Positions 9,846 through 21,243 of a stretch of 44,065 nt of DNA are shown here, piece by piece. The notes under the pieces are model-generated. The model was not told the DNA's origin. It worked only from the letters and a program-made list of their open reading frames with translations, and made no database searches. Each line of letters begins with the position of its first letter. Position 1 is the stretch's first letter. The stretch is from Hydrurus foetidus (Eukaryota), in assembly GCA_900617105.1 (NCBI GenBank), contig UYFQ01000463.1, positions 1 to 44,065 of the forward strand, written 5' to 3'. A program made the position numbers and the translations under genes.

Positions 9846-12800
9846 TTACTGACTAAAAAACCATAAAAATCCCTCGTGAGGGCAAAAATTAGGCCAAAAA
9901 ATCTTCAAAAGATTATACGTTTGAGCTGAAACCGCGGTGGTTGATCCCTCAAGATTCCTGGGAACAAAACGCGACATGTTATTGTTCCTTAAGTATACAT
10001 GGAGTGCGTCACAGAGACGGAGATTCTTCCAAGGTTCCCATGTATTATGTGAGTCATCATAGTTGAGCCATTTCACATGGAACGACATCGTAGTCGGCTT
10101 CTTTTTATCACCCGAGCGATTAAGAACTTTCTCAACGAAATACTCCATGTAATCGCGACGTGCTGTATCAGCAGGTAAGCCCATCGAAGGGTCATAATTG
10201 AAAATCTTAAGATTCTTCACATGTACACTATTGTGTTTATGTGTAATTAAGTTCGCGAGAACATACTCGGATCCTTCAAAGGATACAACACGGAAAGGAC
10301 CTTTCCATTTAGTGTGTAATCGAGTTGGAGGATGTTCTTGTTTTATCAAAACATACGACCCTATAGGGAACACTGTCAAACCGGATGTCGACTTTTTGTG
10401 CTTTTCATCACATTTTTGAAGCGAATCGATCGCCGCATCAAGGACCTTGTCCTGTATTTCGATCAGATCAGTCATGTATGTTGAATTTGAAGATGCTATT
10501 ATCGGTAACAAATGAGGTGTTAAAATCCCTCTCTTCAAATCAAGTTTGTCCGCGAATAGGATAGATGCCGGGCTTGCACCCGTACGTTTATTAACTGAAC
10601 TATTAATAATTCGTTGTACCGATCCCTTAACAAAATGAACGGTGAAATCGAGTTCTTGCATTGCAATGAACCAACGTGCTACCATCGATGTAGGGTTCTG
10701 TTTCATATAAGTCAAATTCATATGATCGGTGTGAATAGAGAACTTTCTGTCTCGAATAAGATAGTCGAGTTGTTGGCAGCAATAAAAGATAGCATAAGCT
10801 TCCTTTTGTATTGTTGACCAATTTATCTGAGTTGCACATAGAGATTTGCTAATAAAAGCAATTGGTTTCCACTCGTCATTAACGACTTGGAATAATACAC
10901 CACCGATTCCATAATCAGATGCATCAGTATATAATCTGATGGGTGAATTATCATCGATGAAGTACATTAATGGACAACGAGATACCGCGATCTTTGTCTC
11001 ATTGAATGCTTCTATCCCTTCGGGGGTCCAAAAAATTGGTGAGCGTTTAACCGCCTTTGGATCCACCATCATGTGAAATGGTTTTACCTTTTCCGAATGA
11101 AACGGTACAAATTGACGGAAATAATTGGCCAAGCCAAGGAATCCCTGTAACGCCGTAACTTCTTTCGGGAGTGGGAAGTTGAGAATTGTCTCAACTTCCC
11201 AGTCATAGTCTGATGTAACAGTATCGCCAGGGGTATGTGTAGGGATGGGAATCGGGTCACCATCTAGGTGCGGGGTATCACCCGTACGTTTTGCGAGTAC
11301 AGTCGTAACACTGTCCAGTCGCTCACAACCCACATCACCACATGGACTTTGGGTCGCGACTCCCTCGGTACCAACCTGGGTAACGTTACACGTGAACGTT
11401 GTATGACAGCCTGACCCCACGACTTCCTTGGTTAGAGGTGCGTGCAGAATGGCCTTCTTAGGTGTTGGCCTTGGGCATAGACCGTATGGTTCTCTCCGAT
11501 CCGAAAGTTTTGACTTTGTGATACCCTTCAACATATCGTACGTTGGGGTAATAGACTCTACTTCCGGTTCTTCGGGTACGAACCCCTCAGATGTCATACG
11601 TCTGGTATATTTGTGCCAGTGAAGTGGGTCGAGCTTGGCTATCGCTTCACTTTCTTCAAACTCGAGCCAACGAGCATCACGCTTCCTTTTGTTCTCAGCA
11701 CTAAGCTCGGGAGAAATACCAAAAGCGAAAGGTGTTAATGACATAAAATCATAATTATTTACAGTTTTTCGACTTAATAAAAGATCAATATCTGTGTTTC
11801 TATTAACCCGCAGTGTTAAAGGAATAGTATGACATTCCCCATCATAAGAATGAAATTTAAGACTTAAATCAATCATTTCGTTATTTATGTAACACTGGCC
11901 ATCGAGACCAGAGCAAACAGTAATGGCTGTAGAAGCCGCATAGCAGTTATGCCTAGCACTAAGTTTATCAATCATAGTGAGAGAAACAAAATCCTCGTAG
12001 TAGTTGGCGGTGTCGAGCACCGCCTTGCCCACAGTGCGTCGTACGCTAGATTGGCGCTCCTTATCCTTATCCTGTACCAAAATCGTAACGTTTGAGTGAT
12101 CAGAAGGCAGAGTTGATGGATCATGCAAAAATTCATCGGGAAGAATTGCTGGAATGACAGATGCAGTAACGCATGATACTGAATGCTGTATGTCCGTGAT
12201 ATCAGATGAATAGACATCACAATTATATATACCTTGTTGATTCGCGGAGCCGTCGCTCGCGTTGTTATCCCCTTGGGGCGGGCTGTATTTACCCCCTCGG
12301 GGATTCTTCCCCTGGTACCCTCTACCACCACCTTGGTTACCCCCAGGGCCGGGGTTTCCTTGGTTGCGGTTTTGGTAGTTCTGGTTACCATAACCTTGGT
12401 TTTGGTTACCTTGGTTTTGATTCCCGCGGTTTCCAAAACCTTGGTTTTGGTTCCCCTGGTTTGGGTTGCCTTTACCCCCACCCTGGTTGCCTTTTAGCTT
12501 CTTGCTGTTGCACATCAAGTACGGTGGCGCATCCACAGGGTGGTATCTCTCCCTGGTCTCGTACCCAGGTAAGATGAGTCTCTCCTGCCACATACCTTCA
12601 CCCTGTGCCAGCCATGCCTTACCTACAAACGAATCAGACCAGTTACAGCCGTGATCGTTGTTGGTGTCGGAATAGTAGAAGACTGGACACTCGTTTAGAA
12701 TATGTGCAGGGTTCCCGCATGAGCGACAAACCCGGACAGCGGTCACCAGCGGCACGTCTAGAGAGGAACGTACCGCAAGGTTGCTACTCCCACTTGGGGT

Positions 12801-13628
12801 ATCCACATCACGTATAGCGAGTGTACTCGCCCGCTTCTTCGTCGAACAGGGAGGAGGTACTGCTGTACTCGGGAACGAGTAGACAATGTCAGGGTTGCCA
12901 TAACTCCTGCTCATTCGGATTGTCTCGCGTGCCGCAGTAACGACTGCAATAATGCGCATCATAGCGACTTCCCACGTCTTAGGGGACTCGTCGTCCCTCG
13001 ATTTGTGAGCTACGTAATCCGCTTGGATGCGGCTCTCTCGAGGGAGTCGTTTCTCAGGAATCGAAATCAACTCATCGCGCTGTGACGCAGTGATACGACG
13101 GATACGCTCGTGATCGGTGGCAAGCTCCTTGTACGCCATGTACGTTACTAACTCTTCCTCATCAGAGGAAAGAGAATAGTGGAACGGGACCTTAGCAAAC
13201 AGTTCTGTTAAGGTATGATCCGCTTGCTTGTTTTTGCAAAAGTATTGCAGCATTATCAACGTGGCAACATTCTCTATCGGGAGAAGGTTTTGCCAATTAA
13301 GCCTTTGCTCGTTGGTAATTACTGACAGTGTCGCCTGATCAGTCATGATTTTCACATGAAGCAAATCGATTGCTTGACGTTGCATACATTGTTTAATGTG
13401 CAGGTGAGGCATGCATTGCGCTTGCTCATAGAAGTCTTCAGCATCTCGCGGAGTGATATAATCTCCCCGTAGGATGAATATCTCTCGCTGGATCTGAAGC
13501 ATCTGTGCGAAACCCATATTTAACGATTGTGAGTTTTGTGATAGGTTAAGGATATTTCCTTCCTCATTATCAGAATCATTATCCCTCGGAATGGGCATGG
13601 GCTCAGGATCGAGAAGATTCTCTGCCAT
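9846..13628 (-). CDS. Gypsy Gag-PR-(deleted RT)-RNase H-(deleted IN)-chromodomain polyprotein, 1260 aa
   Basis: CRSCGNPAHILNEC knuckle; GNQNQ repeats; VLDTAN protease; FLGLANYFRQFV RT thumb; TDASDYGIGGVL/QKEAYAI/TDH RNase H; WKGPF; chromodomain YFVEKVL...VKWLNYDDSHNTWEP. No YxDD and no HHCC/DD35E. Confidence 0.9.
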   Translation of the reverse strand: MAENLLDPEPMPIPRDNDSDNEEGNILNLSQNSQSLNMGFAQMLQIQREIFILRGDYITPRDAEDFYEQAQCMPHLHIKQCMQRQAIDLLHVKIMTDQATLSVITNEQRLNWQNLLPIENVATLIMLQYFCKNKQADHTLTELFAKVPFHYSLSSDEEELVTYMAYKELATDHERIRRITASQRDELISIPEKRLPRESRIQADYVAHKSRDDESPKTWEVAMMRIIAVVTAARETIRMSRSYGNPDIVYSFPSTAVPPPCSTKKRASTLAIRDVDTPSGSSNLAVRSSLDVPLVTAVRVCRSCGNPAHILNECPVFYYSDTNNDHGCNWSDSFVGKAWLAQGEGMWQERLILPGYETRERYHPVDAPPYLMCNSKKLKGNQGGGKGNPNQGNQNQGFGNRGNQNQGNQNQGYGNQNYQNRNQGNPGPGGNQGGGRGYQGKNPRGGKYSPPQGDNNASDGSANQQGIYNCDVYSSDITDIQHSVSCVTASVIPAILPDEFLHDPSTLPSDHSNVTILVQDKDKERQSSVRRTVGKAVLDTANYYEDFVSLTMIDKLSARHNCYAASTAITVCSGLDGQCYINNEMIDLSLKFHSYDGECHTIPLTLRVNRNTDIDLLLSRKTVNNYDFMSLTPFAFGISPELSAENKRKRDARWLEFEESEAIAKLDPLHWHKYTRRMTSEGFVPEEPEVESITPTYDMLKGITKSKLSDRREPYGLCPRPTPKKAILHAPLTKEVVGSGCHTTFTCNVTQVGTEGVATQSPCGDVGCERLDSVTTVLAKRTGDTPHLDGDPIPIPTHTPGDTVTSDYDWEVETILNFPLPKEVTALQGFLGLANYFRQFVPFHSEKVKPFHMMVDPKAVKRSPIFWTPEGIEAFNETKIAVSRCPLMYFIDDNSPIRLYTDASDYGIGGVLFQVVNDEWKPIAFISKSLCATQINWSTIQKEAYAIFYCCQQLDYLIRDRKFSIHTDHMNLTYMKQNPTSMVARWFIAMQELDFTVHFVKGSVQRIINSSVNKRTGASPASILFADKLDLKRGILTPHLLPIIASSNSTYMTDLIEIQDKVLDAAIDSLQKCDEKHKKSTSGLTVFPIGSYVLIKQEHPPTRLHTKWKGPFRVVSFEGSEYVLANLITHKHNSVHVKNLKIFNYDPSMGLPADTARRDYMEYFVEKVLNRSGDKKKPTTMSFHVKWLNYDDSHNTWEPWKNLRLCDALHVYLRNNNMSRFVPRNLEGSTTAVSAQTYNLLKIFWPNFCPHEGFLWFFSQ

Positions 13629-14204
13629 CTCTTATCGAAAGATGAGCAGTAGATATAAATCGAGTTATATCGCAGCAAGGACGAGCGTTCCTCGTAAAAA
13701 AAATTGCGAGAGCTTCAACTCGTTCGCTTATTGAGTACTTTACGCAAGTAACAGCGAATAATTGGATTTCAACCAACTCTTGTCGAGAAAAATTCTATGA
13801 CACGAAAGCCGAATTTCGAGTGGTGAAATTTTTTGGGTCCTGTTAAGGATGAAGGAAGAACTTCCTGTCGACCAAAAGACGTCCTTAGACTACTCTGATG
13901 TCTCTAGCAATGGAACCAGTGTCCAAATTGCAAGCGGAGAACTCCTTAATTTCGAGTTGGGAAGGCTCTCGCGACTTCGACCAAAGACGAACTTTTGGAA
14001 ACACCTTTCGAGGAGTTCCAAGAGGAAAGCGGCTATGCCAAACTTTCGTAAACTTAAACTAAATTTTTGGAGCTTCGGGCTCAGCGAGAAAACGACTACT
14101 CGGAAGTCGTGGAGTATGTCGTACTCCGTTGGCAGTCTATCTAAAGATTGGCCGACTAGATTTTAGAGAAAGAAGCGAAGAAGGATGAGCGGTAATAGCG
14201 CTAT

Positions 14205-14400
14205 TGTGGCTCTGGATGGGAAAGGAGGAGGGGATGTCTAGAGGTAGTAGTTAGTTACAGCGGTAAAGCTAGAAGCTAGGGTGAACTTCTACGTGGAGGC
14301 TGTAAGTGGCTACGACGATACAACAGACTGTAGTGTACAGTGGGTAGTGTACCGTAGTACTATCCGGTAGGATCGGGACCTTGGACCCGGAACTACCACA
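14205..14400 (-). repeat. 5' LTR of Gypsy
   Basis: Direct repeat of 9358-9553. Confidence 0.95.
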
Positions 14401-17400
14401 GCACACAGCAAAGCAAACCTATCGCTTTCAACATCGAGGTGGACTCTATGTTTGCGATCTTGCATCACGACCAGAGCCTCGACATAAGAGCTCCAACAAG
14501 TCGAGATTGGAGTCAGCTAACCCCGCCATCGCTCTCAATAAGGCAGGAGGACCTTTTTTCTCAGCACCTTTGCCAGCGTACTCCAAGCGCGAGGTGGCTC
14601 GAAGCTGCGATGCCAGACGACTGCAAACAAGCCTTTGATTCCCACCAGACGCAAAAATGATCTCTGCTTTGAACGCCGGAGCATTCCTCAACTGCGACAT
14701 CCTTCCTGAAGATGTTAATCGAGCAACTGCGATCTGGGGTGCCAACATCGCTGCTCTGAAAGGGCGAACTGTTCGAGCCCGACCATTTCCAGCATTGCAA
14801 AGTCACCGTGATTTTAAAAGTCACCGTGATTTTGTGGAGCAACACATGCATTGTGATGTCATGTTTGTCAATAAGCAACCATTCCTGGTTTCCATCACAC
14901 ATCCTCTTGGCATTGTCCTCGTTGCTTGCGTGGAGAATCTCACAGCGCCAATCCTGAGACAAAGCATCAGGAGGATGTTCGGCACCATCGGATCCCGCAG
15001 TATCAAGATCACCCGCTTCACCAGCGACAATGAACGAGGGATCGCGGCGCTTGCAGGAGACATGAATGCAATGGGCGTGGCCGTCTCTCTCGTCGGACCA
15101 GGTCAGCATGATCACATCGTGGAGCGGATGATCCGCCACCTGAAGGAGACCATTCGGGCCACCATACACAGCCTACCCTACCTAGTCGCTGACGCGATGA
15201 TGAATCACTTGGTGCTGAGCTGCTCCAAGAAACTACTGTTGTTCCCTTCGTCCACACGAACGGACAAAATATCTCCCTTTGAGGCCTTCTTCGGGAGAAA
15301 GGCTGATACAAAGATGGACATCGGTCCACCTTTCGGCACCTACTGTCAGGTCACCAACCGCACCATGTCGAATGGCATGGACCAGCGCACGATTGGATGC
15401 CTTTACCTGGAGCCGAAGATGAATGGCACAGGAACACATGCATTCCTTCGGTTGGACAATCGGGCGACCATCAATGCGAACCACTATGTGGTACTGCCGA
15501 TCCCACCCATCGTTATCACTACCGTGAATGGGTGGGCGGCAAAGAACAAGCTGCATACCTCGATCGACCCGATCTTCACATTCCACGACCGAGACATCAC
15601 AAATGATGTCGACGACGATGTCATTTGAATCCCCACCGACACAATTGTTAATGGAGATTCGGGGTGAGACTGATACGGTTCCAGACACAGAAAACCTACA
15701 TGAAACTTCTGGCGAAATATCGGAACCAACGGAGCCCGTTGAAGAGATTCCGGAGGAGAACGCTTTTGATAGTGCACCGGTGAACGTACGTAAGTACACA
15801 CCTCGACCCATAGAACCAAGGGAAAAGTCATCCAGACTGAAGAAACCAATCGACCGACTTAACTTAACAGCGGAAGAAGTATCAACTCAAGCACAAGAAA
15901 TCGACAATCCGCATGTTTGGTCGATGATGTCAGTTACTCGGGGACTGAAGCTCTTCCCAGAAAAGACTGCATTCGCCATCGAGTCAGAGGTCAAATCGCT
16001 CCTCGCAAAGGACACATTCTCAGGGGTGCACATGTCACAACTGACACAACCACAGCGAAACAAGATCCTGCGTTCGATCATGAACGTCACGGAGAAGTTC
16101 CTACCCACACTAAACTCGGAGGGTAACCGAGAGATCGACAAGGTCAAGGCCAGGTTCTGTGTCGATGGGCGCGCGCAAGTGCGAACCGACTACAAGCCCG
16201 ATGAGATCGAATCACCCACTGCTTCCATGGCCGCAATATTCACCGTAGCGCAACTGGCGGCAGCGGAGAAACGGTTTGTTATGGTAGGCCACCGGACAAA
16301 CCGGATAAAATTCTGCACATGATGATAACTAAAGATGTGGCGGATGAAATCGTACGACAAGACAAGTCATTTGCTGCGTACCGAATGCACAATGGAAGCA
16401 TTCTGGTACGTCTGAACAAGGCACTATATGGCTGTATCGAGTCTGCCAAACTGTGGTATGAGGAAATAGCCGGAACCCTACGGTCCAACGGTTTCACGGC
16501 CAACCCGCGCGACCTTTGCGTCTTTAACAAGAGCATCAAAGGAAAGCAATTCACGATTGTTGTCTACGTCGACGACTTAAAGATGACGTGTGTTGACAAG
16601 GACGCTGTCCTCGCCATGGAACAGATCCTGCTAAAAGTTTACGGCCAATTCAGGACAACACAGGGGCCTATCGTATCGTACCTAGGCCTGACCTGGGACT
16701 ACAGTGAAACAGGATACGTGAAAGTTTCACAAGCAGGGATGATCCAAGACATTGTCGCTGCAAGAGAGAAGACTCACAAAGACCGCGGAACCAAACCCGC
16801 TGGAATTCCGCACTCACCAGGTGCTCCTCACCTGTTTGATCGAACCCCTGACAGTGAGCTGTTGAGTGCCAAGGATGCAGAAATATATCACACCGACACC
16901 GCAACCATTGCATGGACATGCTCGCGTGCACATCCGAGCCTCACAACAGTGGTGGGCGAACTCTCAAAACGAGTGAAAGCACCATCCTACGAGGATGACA
17001 AGAAGCTCGACAGGGTCATCAGCTATGCGAAGTACGTACGTGACGTACCCCTACGACTCAAAGCTGACCTCCCACCAAGAGTCACGGTATCAATTGATGC
17101 TGCATTTGCGAATCGCGACAACATGAAATCAACCCCAGGAATGTGCGTCACATTAGGGGTGGGATTCTTCATCACGAGTTCCAAGGTCCAGAAGCTGAAT
17201 TCCAAGTCGAGCACGGAGGCTGAGATCATCGCGGTGTCCGACGGGATGAACATCCCATTATGGCTCGCAGACTTCATCCGCCTTCAAGGATACGATCCAC
17301 AACCAGTGCGATTGGAGCAGGATAACCAATCCTGTATCACACTACTCACGAAAGGTCGGTCTACCGCAGAGACCACCAGGTTCATCGAGATCCGGAAATT

Positions 17401-17542
17401 CTGGATCTCGGACTATATCAAGAACGGTGCAGTGGACATTGTCTATGTTCCCACGGCGGAAATGACTTCCGACTACTTTACAAAACCGTTGCAAGGTGCG
17501 ATTTTCGACAAAATGTTCAAGAAAATAATGGGACAAAAGTAA
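14401..17542 (+). pseudogene. copia 1 integrase-RT-RNase H, frameshifted
   Basis: Integrase CDVMF/SDNE/VERMIR; RT KARF, LNKALYGC, YVDDL; RNase H SSTEAE, QDNQS, SDYFTKPL. The D..xAYLNA motif appears deleted near 16290. Confidence 0.93.
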
Positions 17543-17704
17543 CATCTCTTTATCTCACACTCAAAAAGTCACCGTGATTTTTGACTATATGGTTATGATG
17601 ATAACTACGCAGAAACCTATATTAGTTATGATAATTACCACGTTTTAACACTATGCATGATACCTAAACAACCATGTGACTGAATGTCGATGACATTAGG
17701 GGTG

Positions 17705-18107
17705 TGTTGGGATATGCGTAGACTAGGAATCCCTTTGGGGATAATATCATGAACGATATCCAGTCCGGATAGTTGTAGCTTAGGCATACGTTTTATGATT
17801 CCTTGTAGACCGGTTGATACTATACACCAACCCGCGGTCACATCAGGAATGAAATGTTGGAGTGATGAATCACACCAAGTAGCATACTAGCAGTTAGTAT
17901 ACAGCTGATGAAGTGGATGTTTTGACATGCTAACCACTTCTTATTAAAAGAGACTATATGACATCACGTCATTATACCTACACTGGTTGACTTTTCTGCT
18001 GCTGTGGCTAGGCTTGCATCTCACAAGGTGTATTCTCAACGAATCACTAGCAACCTACCAGTTCAGTACCGGGATCAGTTATCCCTAAAGGAACGGTTTT
18101 ACCAAGA
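17705..18107 (+). repeat. 3' LTR of copia 1
   Basis: TGTTGG...CCAAGA followed by TSD CTAGC. Confidence 0.9.
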
Positions 18108-18425
18108 CTAGCCGGGCTACGGCTAGGCTAGTCGGCTAGAACCTAGCCACCATCTCTAAAAATTTGAGCAACATTCCTTTACGGTATACTGATGGCGGAG
18201 GGCTGTGAAATTTTGGTGTGTTCATCACTAAATTTATTTGAAAGATTTGAGCAACATTCCACCATGGGCAGGCGAATAAAGGTTGCAAGTACCAGACGTT
18301 TCTGAGTAACGTCCTATCTTCACTGTGTCCCCTTCGCCCCTACGCCCCAATTCCTCGAATAACACAAATTCCTCAAATATCTTCTTAAAAAACTTCCAGT
18401 CTCTCAGTAGCGAAAACTATTCGAA

Positions 18426-19443
18426 ATGGTTGCAACATCAGCGCTCGCAGTTGTGCTTCTATTTGTCACGACAATAGCGCCGTCAGAATCTAACACACGT
18501 AGTGACGAGATGAACCATCAATACAGAAAGCAATTGCTGATCCATGCCGAAAGATTGGGCGAGCTCTACTATCAAGGCCAACTCAAAGAGCGCGAGAAAA
18601 ATCTCCCCAAGGCATTCACTCAACTAAACCCGAATTATCCTTGCGTCCACGGTGTTGTGCCAATTGGTGAGGACACAGCAAAATCGATTGGCGACGGTCA
18701 CAAATTTTCTTGTGGTATTCAGCAAATCAAATCGGACCCGATTGTCTACTCGTTTGGAAGCAACCAACAGCAAGATTTTGAGAACGGGATCCTCCACAGG
18801 AGACCTGATGCTCTCATCTGGACACATGATATACTAGAAAGTCACTTACCTCTCATCAAAGACCGAATCTCCGTTGTGAATTATACTGCTACTGGGCTGG
18901 GATCATCCAAAAACGACAACGGTGAACTCAAATACAAGCTTATCAGTGATTTTATGAAGGAACGTGGACACACTTACATCGATATCCTCAAGGTCGATAT
19001 CGAAGGAGGAGAATTTCCGTGGGTTACAAATGACCCGCATTGGTCAGCTCCTGATTGAAGTGCACCGATTTCAAGGCGGTAAGTGTGTGTCCTGTACAGA
19101 GTCCTGTGAGCTTTTATGACCAACTGAAATGATTGTCATGCTTTCTTTTGTCTCAAAATCAATGTCCACCATCTCCATCCTCTTTGGTAACTGCCTACCT
19201 TTCGATGACGCTATGCCATTTTCTGACTCATATGTCTTTGCTCACGTCATTGATATCGAAGGTGATGAAAACAAGACCATCAGAGCGCTTATCGAAGCCC
19301 TCGAGGTGAGGAAGCTTAGGATTTTCCACAGAGAATTGAACGCCTTTCATGAGGATCCCTGTTGTATGGAGTTTTCCCTCATCAGGCTGGACTGGACTAA
19401 TTGGAACTCGGCGGCCAAATTTGAGTTACCTCCAGTTAAATGA
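18426..19443 (+). pseudogene. Secreted Methyltransf_22/METTL24/FkbM-like methyltransferase, 2 exons, frameshift near 19035
   Basis: Signal-peptide-like N-terminus; GDGHKFSC, VYSFGS, IDILKVDIEGGE; RIGQLLIEVH lies in another frame; probable intron 19079-19261; last exon LRIFHRELN...CCMEFSLI. Confidence 0.75.
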
Positions 19444-21243
19444 TCAGAGAAGATACGGTTTAATTTACTGGGATGAGATTAGTACTCTTTTACGACACGC
19501 ATGACATCGCCAACACCCTTACCTTACTCCCCATCCGTCCAATTTTACATTAGTGTTACTCACGCTGGAACATCCACACATTTTTGCTTTCCTAGAATTG
19601 CCATGGCAGATCTCAGTTCTGCGTATACCAGAAAGTGGTATTTTTACTTTCTTATTATTCACCCAGTTGTATTTGCGTCTTATTTTCTTTATAAGGATAC
19701 TTCTTCTTAGGTTAGAGATGCCGAAGATTTCCTAAATACCTCGTACTTATATGACAATATCTCTTTCTACGTGATACTTTAATTACATGTCACTCAAATA
19801 GGAGATACTGAAAGTAGAAGTACTTCAGCGCGATTTATATATTTTCAATTTTCATACTTAAGCAAGTTGATGAATATCCTATATTTGTTCGGTAGATAGA
19901 AAAGAGAATTTCTTGATGGAACTTACGTACAGTAATTTGACATACATCCAAGTAGTGCGTAGTGCATTGAAAACAAATCACAAGCGCACGCGTTTTCGAG
20001 GGACGCGCCAATCTAACCGATGCCCAGATCGAGATCAATGAAACTGCAAATGCGCGCTAGAAAATTTGAGAACCACTTTAACAACTTCATAACAAGAGCG
20101 GCATTGAGGATTTGCAAAGGATTTCAACAGTCAGCAGTCACTAGTGACCCACACAAGAAACGCCTCACTTCACACCGCACATCATATCTGTCTTCTGGCT
20201 CCCTCAATGCTCTGATTCTCCTCACGCGTATAAAGTCCAATCTCAGCAGTCTCAAGTTAGAAATTCTCTCAGGCTAGACTATACCATACTATCGCAATGG
20301 AGAACAATGCGTTGGAGACGACAAAAATGAAAATTGGGTGATTTTACTCTGAAGAAGAGTTGGTAAATATGGACGAAATGCCGCCAAATGTAATCCAACA
20401 AAAGAGCTGAGACTACTTTTGGTACACATATTTCCAGACTTCAGAATTGTTGCCAGTTTCGATGAGCAAGGGTAAAGAGTTGCATCCTTCTCCAGCGAAG
20501 AATCAAATGAATGAAACTCCTGAAGTGGCTTACGAATTTGCATTTGCCATGTAATTCTCTTTCTGTCCCTGAGACAGCATTTCTTCACTATCAAACTTAA
20601 AATGGGAATTTACGTATGTAAAAATTCTTAAAGTTTCACAACAATAAGGCCTTGTATAATAAACAATGTATACACAACATACAGCGGTTTTACAGAAAAA
20701 GACGAATCGTATGGTACCATGCAATGAGGCAAGTAAATAAAATTGAGCAAGGTTAGGCAAAAGCAAGAAGCTTTTCAGCGCATATTTATTTATTGTCAGA
20801 TGTCTGTAGTATGAAACTGTCACGTCCAGTGCATAGCCATACAGCTCTTTCATGTAAGAAGTGGACAGAATTGAACTATTTGTACCGTAAGAGAAATCTG
20901 CACTATCGTTATCTAGGTATATCATTGTCACTTCCATGGACTCAGGAGACAATGATATTGGTAGTCATAAATAAAGTGCTTGTTCACCTAATAACAAAAC
21001 TGAAAATAATTCGATGCTGACCGACGCAATTGCTAAAAGAGATTACAATTCATCAATTGCTTTTTTCTGTTATTTTTTTCCCGTTATCTTTTCTCTTCCT
21101 CCGCTTCGGTGCTTTTTAGTATGCGGGTAACGACTACTATAATACACGTGTATTACAAACGGATGAACTGCATTTTATTCAGCTTCTTGAGCAGTCAAAA
21201 TGTGCGCACGTTATCCTGTAATAGTCACCCACGGTGTTGTCAA

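Larger units (their letters stand above)
9358..14400 (-). mobile_element. Ty3/Gypsy chromovirus-type LTR element, non-autonomous, recent insertion
   Basis: 196-bp LTRs at 9358-9553 and 14205-14400 (TG...CA, one mismatch found), 4-bp TSD GCAC (9354-9357 and 14401-14404), purine tract AAGTGGGGGTAG on the minus strand before the 3' LTR. Confidence 0.95.
7217..18107 (+). mobile_element. Ty1/copia LTR retrotransposon 1 (defective, with nested Gypsy)
   Basis: 403-bp LTRs at 7217-7619 and 17705-18107, TSD CTAGC, PPT-like TAGGGGTG before the 3' LTR, gag-PR-IN-RT-RH order. Confidence 0.95.
4728..18158 (-). mobile_element. Degenerate hAT transposon hosting nested insertions
   Basis: Terminus TAG(G/A)GATGGTGGC (minus strand, at 7670 and 18158) versus degenerate TACGCGGATGGTGGGC at 4728. 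8-bp TSD gaaatttg (4720-4727) / aaaatttg (18159-18166, also 7671-7678). TAGCC/GGCTA subterminal repeats at both ends. hAT dimerisation domain remnant inside. Confidence 0.75.

Noticed and set aside
14205..14400. Tf1-type self-priming for the Gypsy element
   Set aside because: Only a same-strand 8-bp repeat (AGCGGTAA) links LTR and leader; no complementary match was found.
20289..21020. Short ORFs between the methyltransferase and MYB genes
   Set aside because: No recognisable domain or consistent exon chain; could be a decayed gene but unsupported.
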